From assembly GCF_001194135.2 (NCBI RefSeq), contig NC_068996.1, positions 22,196,768 through 22,260,767 of the forward strand: a stretch of 64,000 nucleotides of DNA. The letters are read 5' to 3'. The position numbers and the translations under genes were made by a program. Source of the stretch: Octopus bimaculoides (Eukaryota). Shown piece by piece: positions 13,409-26,930 of the stretch (the first letter of the stretch is position 1; every line of letters begins with the position of its first letter). The notes under the pieces were generated by a model. The model was not told the DNA's origin. It worked only from the letters and a program-made list of their open reading frames with translations, and searched no databases.

Positions 13409-13788
13409 CTTTTGGAAAATTGAAGAGAAAAATATATTAAATTTTTTTTTTTTTACTGTCTTGGACTTTTCTTGTGTATATGTTCTTGAAATTTTGTGAG
13501 TGGGTGTGTATATATTTGTGTACACTTATCTGTGAACGGGTGCATATAAATCTATGTACACATATCTGTCAGTGGGTGCTCAACACTTAAATCAAAACCT
13601 TTCATCTTAATTTTATATAAAAACCTTTCTGCTATGTTCCAAACAAACTGTTTATTACATCAGTTAACAAGAAAGTTGATTATTTTACTAAGTCTCTCAA
13701 AATTCTCGATAATTTTCGAAGTTAATTGCTGCAGACAACATAAGAATATAGTACAAAAAAAAAAAGAAAAAATTTTGTGGCAACTTAC

Positions 13789-13945
13789 TTGCTAGATGAC
13801 CTTGGACTGCTACTACAACTGCTACTAGCAGGTGAAGTGTCAAAGTGACTCCTTTTATAAAGACCTTCTGGCCGGCCCTTGCTATTACTAATTAGATGCT
13901 CCATTTTCTTTCGAGAAGTACTACCAATGCCAGATAACATCTCTT
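13789..13945 (-). CDS. SIPA1L: SIPA1L exon P, 157 nt, phase 1->2: (E)EMLSGIGSTSRKKMEH...SSSCSSSPRSSS
   Basis: Acceptor cactttcag|AA, donor AA|gtaagt; open frame; not in the ORF track. Confidence 0.8.
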
Positions 13946-15074
13946 CTGAAAGTGATAGATTGATGTTTTAGAACATGAATCTATGTACAAATACAAAGAC
14001 ATACACACAACCACCTTTTCTGTTCCTCAAACTTATTCTCGCTCTCATTCACCTAGTGCTTTTTATCACATATCTCTCACTCTCTTTCCAGAAGGGGAAG
14101 CTTCATTTTTCAGCAAGATGCTTGCTCTTGTCCTTCTACCATACTTTCATATCAATGCTATCCCCGATTTAGTTGAGGAGTCTTGTCTTGCTGGTACTTG
14201 GTGACCTCAGCAGTGCTGATGCCATGAAAAAAGAGGACCTTGTACACTATGAAGCGGTTAACATTAGGAAGGGCATCCAGCTACAGAAACCATGCCAAAG
14301 CAAACACTGGAGCTCAGTGCAGCACTCAGGCTTGTTAGTTCTTATCACATCATCCAACCCATGTGAACTTGGAAAGAGAGTGATGTTAAATGATGATTAT
14401 GTATATATATATATATACATACACACACAACTTGGTTTTTCAGACTATGCAATAGCAACCAAGTCTCTCTTCAATTTATCAATAAATGAAGGACACATTC
14501 AATGATGTAGTCCTATAAGGCCATACCAAAGACTGATCATGGCTGGAATACTTTTGATCAACATCCTTCCTGATCAGGGCTAACACAGACCTAAATAATG
14601 ATGCAGACATGTGTGTGCATACAACAGGATTCTATACAGTTTTTGTCAACCAAATCCACTTACAAGGCTTGGCTCAGCTCAGAGTTATTGGAGAGTTATT
14701 TCCAAGATGTTACACAGTGTGAGTGAACCTGAAACCATGTTGTTGGGAAGTAAACTTCTTAACCACACAGCTATGCTTATGTCTATAAAGTAAAAAAGCA
14801 ATATTTTCTTTAACTGCCAAAATATGAAGATATGACAGAGGAGGTGTCAGGTATATCAACTAAAACGATCTCTTATCTTTCATTTGTTTCAATTGTTAAA
14901 CTGTGGCCAAGCTCGAGCATGGACAGGTTTAGCTGAACAATCAATGCCAGTACATATTTTGTAAGTTTGGTACTTAACTACACACACACCCATACCTATA
15001 AAATGATTTAACATTCAAAACTGAAATTGATTTTTATTAATTCCAACAAAGAAATAGAAACTATTTTAACTGAC

Positions 15075-15528
15075 CTTGGCAAGACAGCTGCATGAAATTT
15101 TCTGAAGATTTATAGCCATGAGACGAACTATTTGTGAAGCAAACATCAATACCCTGACCAAAATTGGTGGCACTGCTGATTATACGCTCTGGAGCGCTGT
15201 TCTTCCGTTGTTGTCGTAATAAATATTTAGTATTTTGGTTCTGCTTCATTAGTTCCAGCGATATATTTCCTGACTGTGGTGTACCTGGCGACACATAATC
15301 ACTGATAGTGCTGCTGACATATGGATGTTGCTTTTCTATAGCTTGCATACTGTTGCTGTTACCGACAGCCACCGACTTTACCGATACTGGGGAGTTGGAA
15401 CTGGCTGAAAGACTGTGACTTGATAATTTATCTTTCTCAGATGGGCTAGAATAGCTTCCACCACTGCTGCTAATTACAGTTGTATCTTCTTTGCAATTAC
15501 TTTCAAAATGTTGTACCAGTTTGCTTAT
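15075..15528 (-). CDS. SIPA1L: SIPA1L exon O, 454 nt, phase 0->1: ISKLVQHFESNCKED...ENFMQLSCQ (Ser-rich)
   Basis: Acceptor ttttaatccag|ATA, 151 open codons (includes ORF 15061..15372), donor CAAG|gtcagt. Confidence 0.85.
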
Positions 15529-15754
15529 CTGGATTAAAAACAGAGAAATTAGAAATTTTGACTAAAATTGTATACATTTAGCAAAAAATCTTTTAGAAAA
15601 ATTAATAACTGAAACAAAGAATTTCAACATAATTATAGATTTAGGTAACACATAGATATTACAATTTGTGATTTCTCTATTTAAATTAAGTTCAATTTGG
15701 AAGAAATTTATTTCAGACAAGTTAGTCAAAAATCATCACAATACACTCACACAC

Positions 15755-16010
15755 ACAAAGTTAAGGACGGTATAAGGACTATGAAGTCACTTGGAATAGA
15801 TCCAGAGAACATAGAAACTCTTGATTTGGATCGAGCTGGATGGCAAACAAAAATGTGGAGTGGAGTGAAAGCATTTGAAGAGGCTAGGATAACACATGCA
15901 AGACTTCGAGATTTAAGGAAGAATGTTACAATCAAGACGGTGAATCACAATGACCTTTTTGTGTGCAAAGTTGGTGACAGACCATGCCTTTCTTTCGCTG
16001 GGCTCAAATT
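15755..16010 (+). mobile_element. LINE (RTE-like) ORF2 C-terminus with decayed C2H2-type zinc finger
   Basis: KDGIRTMKSLGIDPENIETLDLDRAGW..GVKAFEEARITHAR...FVCKVGDRPCLSFAGLK. Confidence 0.75.
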
Positions 16011-16344
16011 TCTTTGCTATTCTGCCTATATGTTTGTGTACACCTTTCAATGCAATGTATGCCAGAAGGTTTTGCTAATCTAACGGAGGCCTCAAAAGAC
16101 ATTTTAAAATCCACAAAGATCAGAACTTAACTGCAGCTCTTGGTGGTCCAAATTGGATATGCAATCTATATGGGTGTCTTTTCAAAACATTATCTGGTTT
16201 AAAAAGCCACATCAGATGCCATGATGGATCTAAGGTATAGATACAGGAGGTGGTCAAACTCTGCATAAGGAGTAGACAACCGCCCTCACACACACACACA
16301 CACACAAGTACACATGACTAGACATACACACATATGCAGATATA

Positions 16345-16600
16345 CCATCCTCATCTGGCTGAGCTTGCTTCGACATTTCTAAGCCATGCATGTCATCCAT
16401 CCCAGTCTTTCATTAGTTGAGGGAGGGCTTCAAGGAGGCATCCAGTATCCTCTGGTGAGCTGATCTACATATGTTGTGTTTGGACAACCTGCTCAAGAGC
16501 AGCTATGCTTTGACATTCATAGCAGTAGATCAATCGCCAGCTCTATTTTACCTCACCAGCAACATCCTACAAAGTTCAAGTGCCTATCCTTCATGGAGAG
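16345..16600 (-). mobile_element. LINE 3' end fragment (RTE-like)
   Basis: Minus-strand peptides HLNFVGCC, TYVDQLT, GCLLEALPQLMKDWDG with stops and frameshifts. Confidence 0.65.
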
Positions 16601-17877
16601 AGACAAGTAGGTAGAGATCTTTTCTGTTGCAGTCACAGATTTTGAAATTTTAAAATTAATTGGAAATCTTTGAATTTGATATAGTGATGTAAATTTTTTA
16701 TGCTGGATCTGATGCTTTGATCTATTTATTCCAACTAAAATTTCAGAAAAATGTTACAGATGTTTAAAGTCCAATATTTTAGCCCAATCAGAAAAAAAAG
16801 ATTTGGAAGCTAGCATTTTGTGTGTGATAGCTCTTTATCACCAAATGAAAGCAAACATTACAACAAGAAAGTTTTAAGCAAAATAAAAGCAATTACATGA
16901 CATATGAAGAGAGATAATGGAGATCAGCACGTGCGAGAGATACATATACAGAGTAACAGTGACAGAGAGTGTGGTAAAAATATACATATAATTTAATATA
17001 ATACATGTAAATTTATAACTTCATATCAAATTGTATCATATCGTATATATTTACCCATTATATGTTAAATCATAATGTATGTTTATATATTGTAATGTTT
17101 TAACTTAAATTGTCATATTTTTATACAACTTGGAAATTATGCATGTTTATAAATATTTTAAAATAAATATTTTGAACATTCATGATATTTCTAAAGTTTA
17201 TATCGTTATATATGCCTGTTTTTTTACCGTACTTTTTACACACTTTAGAGACTGAAAACTATAAATTTATTTATTGATTCTTGAAGGAATTGAACACACA
17301 CACTTCTTAAATCTTGCATTGGATATATGGTATTGTTTCTGTGGTCTTCCACCCTTATGTATCCATTCTTACTGTATATATATATATATNNNNNNNNNNN
17401 NNNNNNNNNNNNNNNNNNNNNNNNNNNNNNNNNNNNNNNNNNNNNNNNNNNNNNNNNNNNNNNNNNNNNNNNNNNNNNNNNNNNNNNNNNNNNNNNNNNN
17501 NNNNNNNNNNNNNNNNNNNNNNNNNNNNNNNNNNNNNNNNNNNNNNNNNNNNNNNNNNNNNNNNNNNNGGGGGGGGGTTGTATAAGACAGAGAAACAGAT
17601 AGATGGATATGGCAGATAGAGAGAACAAGATTTAATAATCTAAAAGTTGTTATTTCTTGTATCAAATTATATTTTTTTATTAATATTTACAGAAAACCTG
17701 TTTGGGACACATTTCAAGAATGGAAATCTGTTTCCTTGAGGACACACCATGCACTCAATTATATTGCAGATATACGTATACACATATACATAAATGTGTG
17801 CACACACACACACACATACATGGTGAAGTATAACTGCATTAAAATATTCTCCTAGATAATATAAAAAATGGAAATAC

Positions 17878-17933
17878 CGGCATATGAGATCTTTGGTTTG
17901 TAGTATTGGAGGCATTTGATTTTTCTTTGCTAC
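17878..17933 (-). CDS. SIPA1L: SIPA1L exon N, 56 nt, phase 1->0: (G)SKEKSNASNTTNQRSHMP
   Basis: Acceptor ataattgcag|GT, donor CCG|gtattt; supplies the phase 1->0 bridge required between exons M and O. Confidence 0.75.
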
Positions 17934-18586
17934 CTGCAATTATACAAGAGAATTATCATCATTTAGACAATAATCAATCATTTAGACAATTTCTGTACAT
18001 ATAAAATTTAAAGCAAATGTTTATAATTGTTACAATTACACTATATTTGTAATCAAATTGTTAACAGGGCAAATTAATCCATATGTGAAAGCTGCACCTG
18101 CTAACTTTATTAGAAGATCCTCGTGCTTTTCTAAGATGCCAAGGGTTCATAATCCAGCAGTTACCTATGCAGCATTGTATCCCGGATAAAGACATTTAGT
18201 TTTGTTTTATAAGCAGGTACAACTTAACACTGTGTAAAAAGTCTTGTGAGAGAATTTGGTAGAGAGAAATCAAAGAAATTGTTTGTGCATGCAAGTGCAT
18301 AAGCATGCACCCTCTCCTTGTTGTGACATAATGTGACAGTTGTAAATTAATATCTCAGCCATATAAAGCAGTGTCCTTCATTACCAATCTTCCACGGAAA
18401 CATGTCCAGCTCTGAGGAAACATTATCTTGCTTGAAAACAGGTGAGGGCTCATGACAGAAAGAGTATCCAGGAAATCTGCCTCAGCAAATTCTATTGGAT
18501 CCATACAACTAGTATGGAAATTGAAATGATGATTGTTATTAATAGTGACACCAAATTTGAAGACTAAGACAGAATCATATGTTTAC

Positions 18587-18801
18587 CTGAAAGCGACCGA
18601 TCCCCACTGTCTTGGGAACTGCTTCGTGAATGGACTCCATCCTTCAAGTGTTGGTTATGCTCTAAACTGTCTTTAGACCAACGATTTTCCTTATTTTCAG
18701 TCAATTTCACAGATGATGTCATCTCTCCAGATATTTCTGTAGGACCAGCTTCACACTTTTCAGGTGTTCTAATCTGACTAGGTGAAGACTTCACATCAGA
18801 T
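18587..18801 (-). CDS. SIPA1L: SIPA1L exon M, 215 nt, phase 2->1: SDVKSSPSQIRTPEK...SRSSSQDSGDRSLS
   Basis: Acceptor ttttattag|A, donor TCAG|gtaaac; open Ser-rich frame with phases matching its neighbours. Confidence 0.85.
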
Positions 18802-19619
18802 CTAATAAAATATAACAAACATTTATAATCAAGTATTATAATAATTAATTTTAATTTTCAATAATTATTTAAGATGCAAAAATATATTTACAAGAAAAAT
18901 AGCAATCACATGTAAATTATTGACTCTAGCAATATCTAAAATAAAAAAACAGGAACCAATAAAGAAAATATAACTGTTCTGGAATGGTGCTGATGTAACA
19001 ACCAATAATGAAGATCATATCAAGGAAAATATTTGGAATAAGGTTGTAATCCATATTTGGAATCAATTCACTTATTTCAAAAATACCATTAAGAATGACA
19101 TTTACACACACAAAAAAAATTAAAAATTAAAAAAAGGGAGTAAAATTTGCTAGAATGTCTTGTTTTCTTTCTTTTTTTTTTCCTTCTTTAAATAACAGCA
19201 AATAGTTCAAAATAATATTTGAAATGAAGTCCAGTCATTTACACAGCCAACATTCTGGAAATAATAATAATAATGTTAAATAATAAAATGATTACATGTC
19301 TCAAATGAAAAGACCAACCAACAACCTCTGTGGAGATTATATATATACATAAAAAGTTTTATACATTTATTACTAACATATTCATGCACATTAGAATAAA
19401 AATGGAATTTACTACAAGAAAAAATTTCCTCCATAGATTTCATGTGTTAAAACATCAACCATGCTTGTTTCACTTGTAGCCTATCCATAGAGAGAAGTTT
19501 TACACCAAGAAAAAACCTCATAGCAAATGCCTTTCCTGTTTTAGCATGCAGGATAGCTTTAAAAATAAATGTACACATCTATATTATAATGCTCAATAGT
19601 GTGTGTGGATATGTGTGTG

Positions 19620-19650
<31 letters not shown>

Positions 19651-20134
19651 GAATTTTGTCAAGAATAAGGTTGACAAAATTAAGTTTTATAAATTTCTGA
19701 TGATAGGAAAGGTTTCTTCTTGGAAAACCTGGAAGTTTGTCATATAATTTTTAAAACTAAAATTACTTTATAACAAATGCGAGAAAACAGCAATCAATGA
19801 TTTCTTTTTTATATATATTTTTCTTTATTATTAACCACAAAAAGAAAATGAAATTTTAAAAAAAATCACTCTTTGATTGGAATAATTTGCTGTTTTCTTT
19901 AAACTTTTTGGATTTATTATTATTATTATAAAAATGATCATAACTTCATTGAGTTTAAATGAAATAATCAAAGCAAAAGAGGAAAGTAGAGAGGAATATA
20001 TTTGTAGACAGCTGCAGAACAAAGCTTTCTGTTACACTTCAACAACTTTTGTTACAAGCATGCAAATTAGCTATTAGCTGTTTAATTTAAGTAGCATTTT
20101 GGGCACTTTTTAAATAATGCTTTTGAAACAGCAT

Positions 20135-20364
20135 TTAACCCTTTAGCATTCAGATTTCCCTGTCAAATGTAAAGCTGATTTATTCATATTGATTTAAATT
20201 AATCATACATTATCTTGTACGCTTGAGATTTCAATGACGTGATTGTTTATTTTTTTAGAGTAATATAGCAGGGTAAGTGAGAGAGGCCAGATCTGGCTGG
20301 TCTGAAGATAAAATAAGTATATTATTTTGGCCAAATATGGCTGGTTTAAATGCTAAAGGGTTAA
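20135..20364 (+). mobile_element. piggyBac-type MITE family A (230 bp); copies also at 25080-25298(+), 22516-22737(-), 45340-45565(-), 56312-56539(-)
   Basis: TTAA-CCCTTTAGCATT ... AATGCTAAAGGG-TTAA terminal inverted repeats with TTAA target site. Confidence 0.88.
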
Positions 20365-22187
20365 GGGAAATCTTAATGGAAAAAAAAATTTGTGATATGA
20401 ATAAGTATGTTTATTTTGGTAAAAATACAAGGGGGGGGGGGAAATTAACAACTAACCTTTAAGTTCAATAATTACTTGGGCAAGTCAAAAGAGTGTTAGA
20501 TTACAAACTGAAGAATCAGTGGTTAATAGCTTGTCAATGGTATTCTGCTATAATCAGGATATAATTTTTTTTAGATCAAACCCAATTACATATCTATAAG
20601 TATCATGTAGAGTTTTACTTTATTCATAGAAGCTATGTGATCATCATAAAATGGACTGTCCTGAATTCGAGAATCAAGCATCTTCCTAACAGATGAACTT
20701 GATGGGGACAAAAAAAAACAAAAAAACAAATTTGATTCAATTCATCACGCCTATGATTTAACTAATGGTGTGTGGGGAGGGACTTTGCACAGTTGATTGA
20801 CTTGCTAGAAATAGCAGCCAAATCTCCCCCAATTGTCTTAAAAAAAAAAGAACACTTTGTATAATGTAATCCTAGATACACTATATAAAAATAAAAAAAT
20901 TTAAAAAAAAGACACCACTGGAATACCTGCTGATAAGATTTGGATGCTCAGAAGAGATTTGTCATTTTTGACAATATACTTTCGACAATTTACTAAACAA
21001 TGCAATAATGACCATTTCTAATTGGTACCAATGAAAATTCTTTCATGTCCACAAAAAATAAAACAGACAAAATTTTAATGGATGGGAGACTTAAGTAACA
21101 CTTTATCCCTATTGTTATCATTTTATTTTGAAATACAATTTTTGTTTCAGTTAATTTTCAAAATAATGAATTTAGTAAAGTAACTGTCATTTTGACGGAA
21201 GGTTCTAATCTAGATCACTTTCATCCTATTGTTGCCCTATTTCGGCTGAAATAACCGCCCTTGCTTTAATTAACTTTGAAAATAATGAAGAATTTAATCA
21301 AATAACTTTATTATCCATAATCTAGTACTTGAACATAACATGAAATTTTGGAAGAAGGATTTGGTTTAGATCACTTTAAAACTTAGAACCAGAAGTAGTT
21401 TCTCAGATTAGTAGCAAAAAGGTTAACAACAATTTCACCTGGTCCTTAGGTGACATTGGAGGTGTCAATTATGTTGCAAACATTTGACCCAGTTCTCCTG
21501 CTTGAAGCATCCTCAACTCCCTCCTATCAGTCTCAGAAGCTCTGCATAAGGGGTCAAGGGTACTACAATTCATCTTTGGACATAAGCAATTATAAAAAAA
21601 AAAATTTTAAGGTTTACAATAGAATAAACTTCTATTACAAAAGTGCTTTAACCAACACGTAATGTAACTGAAAATTAGCTGAAATGCACCCAAATGTGCA
21701 AATAGAATCAGCACAGGGTAGCAGAGATAAGAAAAAAAAACTTTAGATCTGAAAATGTTAGACTTCATACATAGGATTCAGCTATGAAATATATGTGAAA
21801 GATTGATGTATTTACAACTATATCCAACCTATGAGACACAGAAGGAGCAAATAAAACTGACGACACAACAAATGATATGATGGTGGGGTGACAATGGTGA
21901 TAATAATATGACTAAAAAACACAGCAAAAATATTACATAGCATTTTTTTTTTTCGGTAAAAACCAGGCATAAAAGTGAAAAAAAGCCATTTATGTGTTCA
22001 TAAGATCAAAAGAGAAGCATAAATATATTTTTTCACTAAAATAAAATGGCAGCACATTAATTATTTTCAGATAGAGATAAAAAAAAAAAATACCCAGCAA
22101 AGTAGATATGCATTGGCAAAGAATCTTCTCTAGAGCAAAGTGTAAAGAAGAATACTGGATGGAGTACCAAATAATGAAAAGAGAAAC

Positions 22188-22250
22188 CTGGTATATTTTA
22201 AGTGAACTGCACTGACCAGAATTTGCAAACTGCTTAGGTTTGGGAACCCC
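22188..22250 (-). CDS. Candidate 63-nt symmetric (phase 2->2) cassette exon: (R)GFPNLSSLQILVSAVHLKYT(R)
   Basis: Strong pyrimidine tract then gtttag|G, open frame, AG|gtttct donor; fits between exons L and M. It is not needed for frame, and its start resembles a hAT terminus. Confidence 0.35.
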
Positions 22251-23430
22251 CTAAACAATTGGTAATATAAGAGAGAGAAAAAAAAAAGAACGCAAACAAG
22301 AAATTATCATACAAATTTTGATTTTAAGTTCTCAAAATGTAATTCAAAGAGGAAAATAAAAATTAAAAACAAAAGAAGATTCAAGTTGGTTAAAACAGTA
22401 ACCAAATCAAAATTGAAACATAACGATACTAATAGTCATATATACAAATACAGAGTTAGCATTGACAGATTTACAAGTGTTGAATACTGGTGAAAGTGAA
22501 AGACTAAGAGATGAATTAACTCTTTAGCATTTAAAGTGGTCATATCTGACTCAAATATTCTACCTGTTTTATTTTCAAACTGACCAGATCCAGCCTCTTG
22601 CACCTACCCTATATTTTGAAAATAAATCATCACATCATTGAAGTCTCAAAGCCATGAGATAATGCATGGTTAATACAAAACAATGTGAATAAATAAACAT
22701 TACTTTTGACAGTGTAATCTGAATGCTAAAGGGTGAAGAATATGAGAGGTTTGATGAATGGAATAACAGAAAGAATGAGTAAACACATTTGTTGATATAT
22801 ACATGTATATGGAGATAGAGGTCACTGTTAGTGATAAGAGAAGATGGTCAGCTTGTAAAACTTTCCAGTTTGAGATTTTTTACTATTTCTCATAAATCAA
22901 TCTACCAATACTGATTAACATAATCAATTACACTAAATCCATCACCAATATAACAGAAGAAAACTAAACTCAATTATTTAACTCAAATTAGTTAAATAAA
23001 TTAATGTTTTATTATAGAAATTAATGAATACTAAAAGCAAGTGAAATTAATCACATTAATGGAGATTATAAATAATATTGGGCTTAGCTGATTAAATCAA
23101 CTCCAGTACATGATCTAGATAGGGATTTGATCTCAAAATGTAAAGACCCAGAAGAATACAAGATGTTTTGTCCAACGATCTAATGATTCTGCCAATCCAA
23201 TGCCATAGTAATAGCAACAACAAAAATAAATTCTTTTTACTAGGCACCAGGTCAGAAGAGCAAAGGGCAAAGGGACTTGTCAATTACAATGCCTTCAGCG
23301 CTTCACTGGTGCTTAATTTATCAACCACAAAAGGCTAAAAGCAATGTAGAATTTAAACTCAATGTAAAATTGAATGAAATGCTCAGCAGCATTTTATCTG
23401 ATATGTACCAACAATTCTGCCAGTACACCA

Positions 23431-23477
<47 letters not shown>

Positions 23478-23807
23478 ACAGTTTCTAATTTAGGGCAAAA
23501 ATCAACAATTTTGAAGTGAGAGGGTTAATCAGTACCATTGACTCCAGTACTTAATTAGTACATTATTTCCCTGACCCCACAAAGGGATGAAAGCCAAAGT
23601 TGACTTTGGCAAGGTTTGGACTCAGAAAGTAAAGAGCTAAATTAAAAACAACTTGATAGCCCCACCACTATTGATCTGACCTCCAAACTTATCTTTTATA
23701 AAAAAAAAAAGAACAGTAGCCAATATAGACACAATTTCACAAGTTTCAAACGGAGGATATATAATTACATAGATCCTAGATATTTATCTGGCCAGCAAAT
23801 TTATTGA

Positions 23808-23845
<38 letters not shown>

Positions 23846-24504
23846 GAAAGGCAAAGTCAATTTACTCTGTGCAATACTTGTATTTTATCTGGAGATATAT
23901 GGATAGAGAGGGAGAATAACATCAAGTTCCACACAATTAGTCACCTTCCCAAGATGTCACAAGAGGTTATCTTATCGAGATGAAACTGCTGGTCATCTTC
24001 AAATATGCTGTAAAACTGCTCATCATCCTCATATGGCATAACTGGTCATCTTATTTAGAAGACTGACAATAGTTTAATCTCCAGAGGTAAAATATTTGTA
24101 TAAATTAGCTGCTAGTTTCCTTTCTCACCTTTCAAATTTGTTGTGAAAAATCACACACCTGCATTAACTCCATTTTGAACTGTCATTTCTTCTCCACACA
24201 TGCATAGGTAATATAATGTTAACGACTGACAAGAACTAAATGAAACTTAGTGGCTAATATAGCCCCCCACCAGCAATTAAGCACCACAAATTTTGATCCC
24301 CAATTCCTCCATGCACATATCATAGCATATATGAAGATGCATATCTATGCCTGTGAAATGCACTTGTGATTATTTCATTTCTTTAATTGAGTGTACTTTC
24401 AGAGGTTTGTACATTTGTGAATATTCACCTAAGGTACACTTTTCTTCTGTGTTTATATGCTTTCATATATTTCATAACACCTGCCAATATAGACAAAATT
24501 CTTT

Positions 24505-24678
24505 CAAGCCATGTACAGGAGAGCCGTCAGTAAAGTGTGAGTTAACCACGAGTACAGCAATGAATTTAGAGTACGTGTAGGAGTTCACCAGGGCTTGAAT
24601 CTCTATTCCCTCCTTTTCATCATTTTCCTCCAGATAACAGAAGAATTTAAAACTAGCTACCCTGGAGAACTATTATAA
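24505..24678 (+). mobile_element. RTE-clade reverse transcriptase fragment
   Basis: QAMYRRAVSKV*VNHEYSNEFRVRVGVHQGLNLYSLLFIIFLQITEEFKTSYPGELL* (GVHQG..SPLLF and PWELLYADD region, decayed). Confidence 0.85.
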
Positions 24679-26930
24679 TTATCTTGTAATACCCCACCAC
24701 CACTTAGCCATGTTTTTGTCTTGTAAGTTACTTGGCAACCTCACTAGTACCCAAGGCATGAAAAAAGCTTCCATCCAACTGTAGCAAACTGTAGCCATAG
24801 CTGACTCTGGAGCTTGACAGATCCTGTCAAACCATCTAACTCTTGCCTGGACAGAAAACAAAGGTTAAACGATGATGATGAAGATATCAGACAACTTCTA
24901 TAGTACTGAGTTTTTTTAACTGAGACTATTCTTGTTCCCATGAACAAATACACCCTATATATATAAATATATACGTGTGGGTGTGTGTGTATGTGTGGAT
25001 ATGTGTTCATGTGCAAAATATATAATTATGAATGCTTAACTTACAAAGAATATTTCTTGATAATAAAAAGATATTATCCTTAACCCTTTAGTATTCAGAT
25101 TATTCTGTCAAATGTAACTTATCAATTTATATTGTTTTGAATTAAGCATTATCTCGTTGCTTCAGAATTTTAACGATGTGGTTGTTTATTTTTAGAATGA
25201 CATTATAGGATAGATGAGAGAAGCCAGATTGACCAGTTTGAACATAAAACTTAGACTAGTTTGGCCGGAGATGGCCGGTTTGAAAGCTAAAGGGTTAAAG
25301 GTAGAAAACTTGTGACTTATGAAAATCCTTTAAACTTTTAAGAGAAATTGATAATAAGAGAACAAATACATTTAACAACTTAATCTCAGAGAAAATTCCA
25401 AAATTAACACAACAGTGTTAATAATATTAGTTTCAAATTTTGGCACAAGGCCAGCAATTTCAGGGGTGGAGCTAGCTGATTACATCAACTGCTGTGCTCA
25501 ACCGGTGCTTATTTTATCAATCCCAAAAGGATGAAATGTAGAGTCAACCTCAGTGGAATTTTAACTCAAAACATAAAAACGGTCAAAATGCTACTGAGCA
25601 TTTTCCCTGGTATGTCAATGATTCTGTCAGCTTTAACAGATTCCATCAACTTTAAGAAAAATAGCAATAACAAATAGTAATAAGGATTATTTTTTAAATA
25701 ATGGAACAATATAAAATAACTCTTGAAATTCATTTCTTGAATCTGTTGATTAGTAATTACTCTTATACAAAGACCAAATCTGTAATAATGGTTTTCTCTC
25801 TTTGCTAGATAGCCTACTGTACTTCTCAATAACTATCATGAACAGACAGATTTTATATTCTTTATTGAATTCACAGCTAGCTGTAGCTTTTATTCAAATT
25901 TTGAGTTAAGAAGAAACTCTAAAAATGTAAACATTTTGGATGCCATGTAGCTAATGCATATGTTGTTCAAATTCTTCTAGCCTGCAGTATTTCATCTAAA
26001 GGAGAATCCCTTTAAAAATGTAGAGTGTTAAAAAAACAGTATACCTCAAAGCAAAATGAAATGAAAACCCTTTAGAATAGCTTGAACTTTTTCTGCAACT
26101 TTAAACCACTCAATCCCAACCAAAAAGCAGGTCGTTTAATTTGTACCAAATTACTTATGCAGTACAATTTAATAGGGATGTTTTTTGAAAGTTAAATTTT
26201 ATTTAAATTCTCAAATTAGAATTTGTAAACAAAACATATCAATGGGCAAACAACAGCTCAGCTGTCTCATTTCCTTTTGTCTATTATTTCAATTTGCTAT
26301 TATTTTTGTGATTCAAGGAATTGAAACATTTCCTTAAGTCTTTCCTTTCTGTATTCAACATCAATGCATTCTAGACTTCTTGTAAACTAAATTAAAACAA
26401 ACATACAATATGACACTCAATGTAAAGGCTGCCTCTCCACCCAACAGTATAAACTGAGCCCCAGGAGTGGTTAAAAAGATCCAAATTTCATCTAAGTATG
26501 CTCCAAAAGACAGCTTTATTAGAGTTCAGCACACTTCATACATAGAGAACTGAAAGCTGAATACACATAACATTTACAAACAGAAAATACATTCCCTACA
26601 TGTTTGTGAGATAAATAGACTTGATTTTGGTGCATGCTGGAAAAACGTGCAAAAATAAGTGGTAAGAACAACAACAATAATCATTTCAAACAAAGGCTAG
26701 AGGTTATACATCTTGAGAGATAAAACATTTGATTAAATCCACAACCTTATATAATCATTGGTACCTTCTATATTGACCCCTGGAGAGTCGACAGGTAAAA
26801 AGCAATGCTAGTGAGATTTGAAACAAAAATATAAACAATATAACCAATTACTAAAAGACATTTTCGATCAATTTCATCCGTCCACCAGCCTAACAACAAC
26901 AGTAATAATTACAATAGCAAGGGCTTTTAC

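Noticed and set aside
23940-24045. Open acidic frame PVMPYEDDEQFYSIFEDDQQF.. ending in AG|gtgact
   Set aside because: The only AG acceptor gives phase 1, not the required phase 2, it lacks a pyrimidine tract, and an in-frame TGA lies just upstream.
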